A stretch of 20,000 bases of DNA from the IMG/VR virus record IMGVR_UViG_3300021400_004107. The stretch is one strand, 5' to 3'. Below are positions 9,022-15,423 of this stretch, piece by piece. The position numbers and the translations under genes were made by a program. The notes below the pieces were generated by a model, which had not been told where the DNA came from, ran no database searches, and saw only the letters and a program-made list of their open reading frames with translations. This stretch comes from an uncultured virus (IMG/VR IMGVR_UViG_3300021400_004107) (Duplodnaviria > Heunggongvirae > Uroviricota > Caudoviricetes). How positions within the stretch are numbered: position 1 is the first letter of the stretch; each line of letters starts with the position of its first letter.

Positions 9022-9027
9022 AAGCCT

Positions 9028-9273
9028 ATCCATAGGGATCGTGTTACAGAAACCTGTGAGGCCTGTAACCTTTTAAGAATTCTCAAGGGTTATTCTAAGG
9101 AAACGTTTTCACTCATATCCAAATACCTCGAAACCAATGCTCAAGGCAACGTTACTTCTCCTAATCGCTGAATATTGACACCAAGGCAACGCTCATTACT
9201 CATTACAGCTTCTATTTAATTTGAAGGATTGCCGCCTTTCGTTTGCTTCATAGCCTACGGGAGGCGGTATTTC
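9028..9273 (+). ncRNA. Candidate small RNA with repeat-spacer architecture
   Basis: Lies between a promoter and a terminator-like hairpin (GCCGCCTTTCGT 9231-9242 / ACGGGAGGCGGT 9257-9268) with no long ORF. It has two 5' hairpins, then AAGG(A/C)AACG at 9097, 9143 and 9183. Confidence 0.55.
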
Positions 9274-9295
9274 TAATTGTGTTTGTGATAAGGAC

Positions 9296-9344
9296 TTGCA
9301 TTATTTCGTAAGTTGGCTATAATATACATATAGATATTTCTATA
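9296..9344 (+). promoter_or_regulatory. Promoter of the tRNA cluster with palindromic operator
   Basis: TTGCAT (9296-9301), 16 bp, TATAAT (9318-9323). TATAGATATTTCTATA at 9329-9344 is a 15/16 match to the palindrome at 4243. Confidence 0.7.
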
Positions 9345-9358
9345 TAGAACTTTGACAA

Positions 9359-9433
9359 GCTCGCATGGCTCAAAGGTAGAGCAGTTGTTTCGTAATCAAC
9401 AGGTTCCGGGTTCAAGTCCCGGTGTGAGCTCCA
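9359..9433 (+). tRNA. tRNA-Thr (anticodon CGT)
   Basis: Cloverleaf: acceptor GCTCGCA/TGTGAGC, D stem GCTC/GAGC, anticodon loop TTCGTAA, T arm CCGGG-TTCAAGT-CCCGG, encoded CCA. There is a U31-U39 mismatch. Confidence 0.93.
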
Positions 9434-9627
9434 GCAGATCTCTTCGCGGCGGTTGTCATACCAGGCTTTTGTAAGCTCGCTCCTGACTCGGAAGATGCGT
9501 TCGCGAAAAAGGGTAGTTTTCATCTTCCGGGTACTCCTTCAAGTTAAGCGAACTTTCGGCATCGGTTTTCGTTTCGGCTTTCTGCTGTTCCGATCGCCAC
9601 TACCATACAGTCAGAAAGCCGGGATAT

Positions 9628-9702
9628 CGCGGAATGGAGCAGCGGCAGCTCGTCGGGATCATAGCCCGAAGGTCGCAGGTTCGAATCCTGCTTCCGTCAC
9701 CA
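9628..9702 (+). tRNA. Initiator tRNA-fMet (anticodon CAT)
   Basis: C1:C72 mismatch, three consecutive G-C pairs in the anticodon stem (TCGGG/CCCGA), loop ATCATAG, T arm GCAGG-TTCGAAT-CCTGC, ends in ACCA. Confidence 0.93.
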
Positions 9703-9745
9703 GTTGGGTTATAATAAAGGAAACAAGTATTAAGGAGAGATAACA

Positions 9746-9916
9746 ATGGAGAAGAAGATCGTTTGCGCTACACCTGAGCAGGTCAAGAAGTCTGGCGAGG
9801 AGATCTGCAAGAGATTTCCTGTATCTATGAATATGCTCGCCGGCAATGAGGAGAAGGCGCGCGAGCTGCTTAAGGAGAAGGAAAATGAAAGAGACTCTTC
9901 TTACCCCGGCAGATAA
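9746..9916 (+). CDS. Small protein, 56 aa, inside the RNA island (not in ORF track)
   Basis: RBS aaggag; MEKKIVCATPEQVKKSGEEICKRFPVSMNMLAGNEEKARELLKEKENERDSSYPGR*. Confidence 0.65.
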   Translation: MEKKIVCATPEQVKKSGEEICKRFPVSMNMLAGNEEKARELLKEKENERDSSYPGR

Positions 9917-10096
9917 CAACTAATAACGTATATCAGGGATTATTATGCTTTGGAACTTACATAAGTGATAATTCCTTGTTATAACAACATGCCCTCCGAG
10001 GTTTTCGGACTGACGGTTAAAGACGAGCGTTTTCGGACGTGAGCAAAGTAGATGATGTGTCACCCAACTGCGAGTCGCAAAAGGCAACATTCACAT

Positions 10097-10480
10097 GGGG
10101 GCGCCCGGTTTCGACGGGGCTCTTCAAACAAGATAAGCGGGCGGTGCCATTTCCCGGTAAGACACCTAAATCCTTTCCGGGAGCGCAGAAGTAACTGCAA
10201 ACGAACCTGAGCTCGCAGTAGCCTGAATCTGCAGTGCCCTGTGCCATCTGCCGCACAGAAGCACTCACATCGCAGACCTCGGGATAGGGTAGGTCAAGAT
10301 CCCGGTCCGGTTAGCAAGGTTTTTCTCTTTCCTGCCATAAGGTCCTTAACTTAAAGGAGAACTGATAAAGCTCGTTTGACGGTGTACTAACCTTTGTCAG
10401 TATTTTGATCACCGTATACGCCCGAAGAAAGTCTTGTCCACGAGTTTCGGACAGGGGTTCGATTCCCCTCACCTCCACCA
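10097..10480 (+). ncRNA. ssrA: tmRNA (one-piece), tag peptide (A)ANEPELAVA*
   Basis: 5' GGGGGCG...GGTTTCGACGGG and 3' GGACAGGGGTTCGATTCCCCTCACCTCCACCA. G3:U70 Ala identity pair. The resume codon follows TAACT: GCA AAC GAA CCT GAG CTC GCA GTA GCC TGA (10197-10226). Confidence 0.93.
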
Positions 10481-10485
10481 AATAT

Positions 10486-10635
10486 GAAGTAGCGGCAGAA
10501 TGGCGATTGTTAAATGAACGGTAGTAATGAGTTAAGGTGCAGTGGGGTTCGAGTCCCCTAACGGATAGGTTCAACTCCTACTCGTGCAGGCGCAATATCT
10601 TTAACATAAAGGTTCAAATCCTTTCTACTTCACCA
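10486..10635 (+). ncRNA. 150-nt tRNA-like RNA with a large structured insertion replacing the anticodon loop
   Basis: Acceptor GAAGTAG/CTACTTC plus ACCA; D arm with GG; T arm AAAGG-TTCAAAT-CCTTT. The insert has two more T-loop hairpins, GGGG-TTCGAGT-CCCC and TAGG-TTCAACT-CCTA. Confidence 0.75.
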
Positions 10636-10640
10636 AAGGT

Positions 10641-10858
10641 CTGATTTCGAACATGGGCTTTAGAAGACCTCTTAAACTTATAAGCCAATGTAAAAGTTTG
10701 TATGTTCTGTTCAAAACATGCCAGTCGAATCAGGGTGTACACGAAGTGACTGTAAGATGATCGTGGCACGTGGGAAAGTTAAGTAAGTTAAAGTGAACCC
10801 ATTTTGTGTGTAAACACAGAACGATATAACTGCTGACAGTCGGGAAAGACCGACTTTT
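10641..10858 (+). ncRNA. Candidate structured ncRNA between the tRNA-like RNA and tRNA-Lys
   Basis: Pairings CTGATT(T)CGA/TCGAATCAG, TACACGAAGTG/CATTTTGTGTG and a terminal AGTCGG-GAAAGA-CCGACT hairpin. No long ORF. Confidence 0.45.
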
Positions 10859-10860
10859 AT

Positions 10861-10937
10861 GTTTCGTTAGCTCAATCGGTAGAGCACTCGACTTTTAATC
10901 GAGGGGTACCAGGGTTCGAATCCCGGACGAAGCACCA
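10861..10937 (+). tRNA. tRNA-Lys (anticodon TTT)
   Basis: Acceptor GTTTCGT/ACGAAGC, anticodon arm CTCGA-CTTTTAA-TCGAG, T loop TTCGAAT, ACCA. The T stem has one bulged or mismatched A. Confidence 0.93.
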
Positions 10938-11027
10938 TTTGAGATAAGGATTAAGAAAAGCATGGCTTTGTACGGGCAGCGGGGCTTAGACCCCGTCGCT
11001 CCAGTTTCTCCGTTTGGAGGTTCGATT

Positions 11028-11492
11028 ATGTCCCGTTGTATAGAATTTACTCCTGAGAACCTTGATAAGCTTAAGCGTATAGAGCGTGAGGCCTATGACG
11101 GTACCGGCTATATGCAGATGCAATGGTGTGAAACGTGGGCAGATATTGCCGGATACTGTGAGTGTTCTCTTGAGCATCTCCACATCGCTTTTATTGACGA
11201 CGGATATGTCATCGCTGCTTGCCATGAAGACTACATGGAAATCGTCGATCTTGCCTCGTCAGGCAGGAATATGAACCTGTTTGCAGTATGGGATTTTTTG
11301 AAGGAACTTAATAAGCCGATGGTTTTCGATGCCAGGGAGAGTACCTCGTACAGGCTTATAAAACTCCTGGAACGCAGAGGCGAGATCTCGATCGTAGAAG
11401 ACGCCCCACATCAATGGGGAGGAGAGACCTTCCATGACGTAAGATGCACTTTCAATCTGTCCCGGCATCCGGAGATAGGCCGATACACATAA
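11028..11492 (+). CDS. GNAT-like fold protein (putative acetyltransferase)
   Basis: RBS ggagg before ATG 11028. The pattern LKRIEREAY...GYVIA...EIVDLA...DARESTSY resembles divergent RimI/GNAT proteins. Confidence 0.5.
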   Translation: MSRCIEFTPENLDKLKRIEREAYDGTGYMQMQWCETWADIAGYCECSLEHLHIAFIDDGYVIAACHEDYMEIVDLASSGRNMNLFAVWDFLKELNKPMVFDARESTSYRLIKLLERRGEISIVEDAPHQWGGETFHDVRCTFNLSRHPEIGRYT

Positions 11493-11502
11493 AGAAAGGA
11501 AT

Positions 11503-12066
11503 ATGCTTGTTATGAACCTTGAGAAATTCAGATCCCTGTCTAAATCTTACCGAAAGCTGGTCAAGAAGGAGAACCAGATTAAGAAAGTGTGTATCTGGCT
11601 TCCTGTCGGCTGGCTTATCTGGTTCCTGATGATCGGAACCATTACGCTTAAGCTGTCGAACGCGGATCCCGGACATCCGATGACTGCGATCTGGGCTTTG
11701 ATATTCACGCTTTGTCCTATTGTCTGGGGCATCTTCATGTTTAAGAAGAGCCAGCTGAAGAAGGACAGGATCGAAGAGTCTGAAGACATGCGAAACACGG
11801 TCATTAAGATCCTGAAGCACGAATACGCATCGGTATCCGGTACTAACTTCGACGATACACTGACTTCTGTACTGGAGTCTTCGGGCCTGCCTATGCAGGT
11901 CCGAGACAGCTGGTGGCTGGGTATCGACACGATACGCTACATCGAGGTGCTACTCTTGGAGTCGTATACAGGCAAGGAATTTTCACGTTTCCAAAAGGGC
12001 ATTCTTGCGACGGTTTTGGAAGAAAAGCATCAGCCTACTTCGCGCTTAAAAAGAGACGGAGAGTGA
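11503..12066 (+). CDS. Hypothetical membrane protein (2 TM)
   Basis: RBS aaagga; two hydrophobic helices. Confidence 0.7.
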   Translation: MLVMNLEKFRSLSKSYRKLVKKENQIKKVCIWLPVGWLIWFLMIGTITLKLSNADPGHPMTAIWALIFTLCPIVWGIFMFKKSQLKKDRIEESEDMRNTVIKILKHEYASVSGTNFDDTLTSVLESSGLPMQVRDSWWLGIDTIRYIEVLLLESYTGKEFSRFQKGILATVLEEKHQPTSRLKRDGE

Positions 12067-12232
12067 CACAATATATTGTGTTACCTGTCACTTAAGCCGT
12101 TTAGGCAAAAGAAATACGCATCTTTCGCAGGTGGCTATACTTAAACTGTGATTTAAGTCAATCATCGGCGGCCCATATACCGGGCCCGGACTCCGTGCCG
12201 ATTGGTCAAAAGCGGAGCCTCTTTCTGTGGTG

Positions 12233-12265
12233 GAGGGAGCTCGAGTTTAGCTCCCTCTTTTTTTT
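12233..12265 (+). terminator. Rho-independent terminator
   Basis: GAGGGAGCT/AGCTCCCTC stem followed by T8. Confidence 0.85.
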
Positions 12266-12308
12266 ATTACAACATGAGCCGTACGGAATACGGCAGAAAG
12301 GAACTTTC

Positions 12309-12746
12309 ATGAAAAAATATCTTTATGTAACAAGTGCTCTGGTTCTTACAGCAGCGCTCATGGCAGGCTGTGCTTCCAAGGAGGCTTCCATCAACGGCCA
12401 TTACAAAACAGATCTTGACGTAGGCGGTTCCGTCACCGTGAACGAAGCCGGTATGACTAACCCCGATGTTCTCCTGCCCGTAGAGATCGTTCTTGCTGAC
12501 GGGGAGTACACGATCACGCTTGACACCGACGCGATGGCCAGAGATTTCGAAGATGCACAGACTGACGAGCACTATGTCGTTGATTCAGTAGAAGCGGACG
12601 AGGAAGTTGTCTACACAGGTCATTACACCGTAGAAGACTCTGTTATTACTTTTGACGGTGATATGCACTTTACTGCCAACGTAGAAGACGGAACGCTTGT
12701 TGCGGATCATTTCCTCGGTTTTGATGATGTAACATTCGCAAAATAA
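12309..12746 (+). CDS. Lipoprotein
   Basis: RBS aaagga; MKK, hydrophobic core and LMAGC lipobox; acidic, beta-rich mature domain. Confidence 0.8.
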   Translation: MKKYLYVTSALVLTAALMAGCASKEASINGHYKTDLDVGGSVTVNEAGMTNPDVLLPVEIVLADGEYTITLDTDAMARDFEDAQTDEHYVVDSVEADEEVVYTGHYTVEDSVITFDGDMHFTANVEDGTLVADHFLGFDDVTFAK

Positions 12747-12788
12747 AAAATCAATATGCCGGATGTCCCCGGCGGAAAGGTTAATCTT

Positions 12789-13760
12789 ATGAGAAAAGCA
12801 AAATTCGGTAAAAAGTCTATTATCGCTATGGCAGGCGCCGGCGGTATCTTAGCCCTTGCGATCGGCGGAGTCGTTCTGCTCCCTAAGCTCCTTAACAAAA
12901 GCCCTGAAGCGCTGCATATCAATCTCGCGTCAGAGCTTGACTGCACAGACGCAGCCTCCGACGTACTTTCGGATATTACCGGTGCGAATTATAACTTCGA
13001 TGGTGAAGTATATGCGCATTTCACCATGTCCCTCGACGACGGCGAGTTCACTATGGACCTTGACGAAGATCAGCTCCGAGAAGACCTGGACGCGTTCTTC
13101 TCCAACAATGTCGAGGGTATCTTAACTTCTCAGCTCTCTGCTGCAGGCGTCGGTACCGATGCTTCGGCGCTTGACGCATATGCTCAGGAGATCGGCTATG
13201 CCAACTGGGCGGCTGTTGTTGATGCGACTGCTGCTTCTGTCATGGACTCCGACGGTTATCTCGCCTTAACAGACGGGGATGTTAACTATGAAGGTACCTA
13301 TGAGTACACAGAAGACGGCACGGCTCTTAACTGCTATGTCGGATCTAAAACTGTATTTGTAGCCGAGATCGGCGACGACGGTAAGATCTACATCGACTAC
13401 GACTTCGACCGCAGCGCCCCTGTCATGCTCTACGATTACTTCAATCGCGGTTGCACTCTCGAGTTTGCCAAGGCTTCCGGAAACAGTGATCGTGACTCTG
13501 ATTCCGACAGGCCGTCTTCAGGCAATTCTTCTGACGGCGTAGTCGTTAATGTCTATATTGTTCCTGCAGAGACTACTGCAGAGCCTACAGAGACTACGGC
13601 AGAACCTACTCCTGAGCCTACACCTGAGCCTACACCCGAACCTACTCCTACACCTGTACCCGAGACACAGCCTTCCGAGACAGCGCCTGTAGAGACAGAG
13701 GCTCCGGCCGAGACAGAAGCGCCTGCTCCCGCCGAAGGTGAAACTTCTGCGGAGGGTTAA
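12789..13760 (+). CDS. Membrane-anchored extracellular protein with Pro/Thr/Glu-rich tail
   Basis: Basic N-terminus and TM helix; acidic domain similar to 12309-12746; (PTPE)n and ETxA repeats at about 13565-13740. Confidence 0.8.
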   Translation: MRKAKFGKKSIIAMAGAGGILALAIGGVVLLPKLLNKSPEALHINLASELDCTDAASDVLSDITGANYNFDGEVYAHFTMSLDDGEFTMDLDEDQLREDLDAFFSNNVEGILTSQLSAAGVGTDASALDAYAQEIGYANWAAVVDATAASVMDSDGYLALTDGDVNYEGTYEYTEDGTALNCYVGSKTVFVAEIGDDGKIYIDYDFDRSAPVMLYDYFNRGCTLEFAKASGNSDRDSDSDRPSSGNSSDGVVVNVYIVPAETTAEPTETTAEPTPEPTPEPTPEPTPTPVPETQPSETAPVETEAPAETEAPAPAEGETSAEG

Positions 13761-13762
13761 CC

Positions 13763-14041
13763 ATGGCTAGTTTATCGGCGCAGGTACCGTGGGGCTTCGT
13801 GAACTTTATCAGGGAGACTCTGCCTAATGTCGACCCTGTCATAGCATCTATAGCAGGGCTCGTTACTTTTATGGCCATACTGTTCGCCGTTCTTATCTGG
13901 TATCAGTCAGAAACCCGAGACCTCAGATCGCTCTGGAAGTACATCCTTGTCGCAGGCATCTGTGCTGTTGCGTTCGTTTCGCTGTTTGGCTTGTTGATCG
14001 TTTATGCAAGATCTCGAGGCGTCGTTCTGCCTATTAACTAA
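13763..14041 (+). CDS. Hypothetical membrane protein (2 TM)
   Basis: RBS ggagg; hydrophobic. Confidence 0.7.
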   Translation: MASLSAQVPWGFVNFIRETLPNVDPVIASIAGLVTFMAILFAVLIWYQSETRDLRSLWKYILVAGICAVAFVSLFGLLIVYARSRGVVLPIN

Positions 14042-14089
14042 GGCCACGACCCTCGAATCTGAAATACATATTTCGTGAGGTGAATCACT

Positions 14090-14680
14090 ATGATCTTAAT
14101 CATCGGACGCTCGGGCAGCGGTAAAGACTTCCTTGCCCGCGAACTTGCCAAGCAGGGCTTATCCCAGGTGAAGTCGTACACCACGCGCCCTCCTCGCTAT
14201 GAGGGTGAGAATACGCACATCTTCCTATCTGCTCAAGAGGCTAAAGGCTTTAGCGATAAGATAGCCACAACAGTCATCAACGGCTATGAATACTTCGCCA
14301 CTTCTTCGCAGATGAAGGATAACGATGTCTATATTATCGATCCCAGAGGCACTGCGGAGCTTTTGCGGAATTGCCCCGAAGTCACTTTTGACATCTGCTA
14401 CCTGCAGGCAGACGATTCCTGTCGCCGTGCTATGGCTGTAGGGCGTGGATCTGACCTTGCTAAAGAAGCAAAGGTATACGAGATGCGCAATGCTGACGAG
14501 GATGCTCAGTTCCGCGAGTTCGAAAACATGCTCAAGGACACTTATGCATTCTACGCCTTTAAGAATAAGTACCCCAACGTAAGACAAGTCATTATCGGCC
14601 ATAACGACTATCGACCCGAGACCATGAACAATCTCGTTCAGTCACTGACTGCCCCTGTCTGTGCGGGGCGTGGTACTTAA
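14090..14680 (+). CDS. Guanylate kinase-like P-loop NMP kinase
   Basis: Walker A GRSGSGKD, SYTTRPPR..E, H.F, Y.Y and YIIDP.G, all typical of Gmk-like proteins. Confidence 0.85.
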   Translation: MILIIGRSGSGKDFLARELAKQGLSQVKSYTTRPPRYEGENTHIFLSAQEAKGFSDKIATTVINGYEYFATSSQMKDNDVYIIDPRGTAELLRNCPEVTFDICYLQADDSCRRAMAVGRGSDLAKEAKVYEMRNADEDAQFREFENMLKDTYAFYAFKNKYPNVRQVIIGHNDYRPETMNNLVQSLTAPVCAGRGT

Positions 14681-14713
14681 GGCTTTGGCAGGTAAGAGAG
14701 GAGGACTAAGGTT

Positions 14714-15031
14714 ATGTATGTCAATTTCGATCAAGGCTGGGTAGCGAAAGCACATCCAGGTGCGGCTTTGACCGGTTATCTCTTTGACGGTGATCCAACG
14801 CCGACGGATGCTCCGGAAGGATTCTCGGTGTTGTGCAACACGGAGCTGGTAGATGACCTGAGACGGATCCGATTCGAGAACACGTTCAGACTGTTCTGGA
14901 CCGGTGAGGACGGGGAGGCGCACAAAGACTGGTTCGGTAAGACTTCCGTATATTTCGATGACTACCTGAATGTCTCGGAAGAACCCCGTTATTCAGTAGT
15001 AGCCCCGCTTGTCATATCGATGACGCGCTAA
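14714..15031 (+). CDS. Hypothetical protein
   Basis: RBS gaggagg. Confidence 0.7.
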   Translation: MYVNFDQGWVAKAHPGAALTGYLFDGDPTPTDAPEGFSVLCNTELVDDLRRIRFENTFRLFWTGEDGEAHKDWFGKTSVYFDDYLNVSEEPRYSVVAPLVISMTR

Positions 15032-15046
15032 AGTCGGAGGCTATGA

Positions 15047-15409
15047 ATGAAGATACACGGACACATACTGGCTTCCAGACTCAGCCCTGACTTCGACATT
15101 AACACCAAGCTGTATGAGCTGCCGTCGGAGATCAGGGCGTATATCACAGACTGTATGAGCGGGTCGGACCTGTCGGCAGACATCTTGACCGCACTTGGTG
15201 AGATAGGTGTCACCGACCTCGGGGGCGACCTGCTTAAGTATCTGAGGATCAAAGTCTCGGAGGCCATAAAGGAAGATAAGGCTTACGACATCTCATTCAC
15301 CAGAAACGGTGCGCTGGCTTACAACTATGTAGTCGATGTCGCAATACACCTTAATGACTTTATAGAAGAACTGAACAACAGGCCAACGCCGGCTTTCAGG
15401 CCGTTTTAG
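15047..15409 (+). CDS. Hypothetical protein
   Basis: RBS ggagg. Confidence 0.7.
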   Translation: MKIHGHILASRLSPDFDINTKLYELPSEIRAYITDCMSGSDLSADILTALGEIGVTDLGGDLLKYLRIKVSEAIKEDKAYDISFTRNGALAYNYVVDVAIHLNDFIEELNNRPTPAFRPF

Positions 15410-15423
15410 AAAGGACTACAACT

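Noticed and set aside
9097..9232. Canonical CRISPR array
   Set aside because: Repeats are only ~9 nt and non-palindromic and no cas gene is present; kept only as an atypical repeat-spacer RNA.
9317..9743. Track ORFs 9317-9523(-) and 9453-9743(+)
   Set aside because: They overlap clear tRNA genes and their translations are typical tRNA shadow peptides.
10017..10574. Track ORFs 10017-10268(-) and 10311-10574(-)
   Set aside because: Antisense shadows of tmRNA and the tRNA-like RNA.
10740..10845. RNase P RNA or group I intron core (GGGAAAGTT, ACAGAA, GATATAAC)
   Set aside because: Only partial motif resemblance; spacing is far too short and the required helices are missing.
10941..11003. Degenerate tRNA remnant (GCGGGG-CTTAGA-CCCCGT...CTCCA)
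   Set aside because: There is a T-arm-like hairpin and a CCA-like end, but no convincing acceptor, D or anticodon arms.
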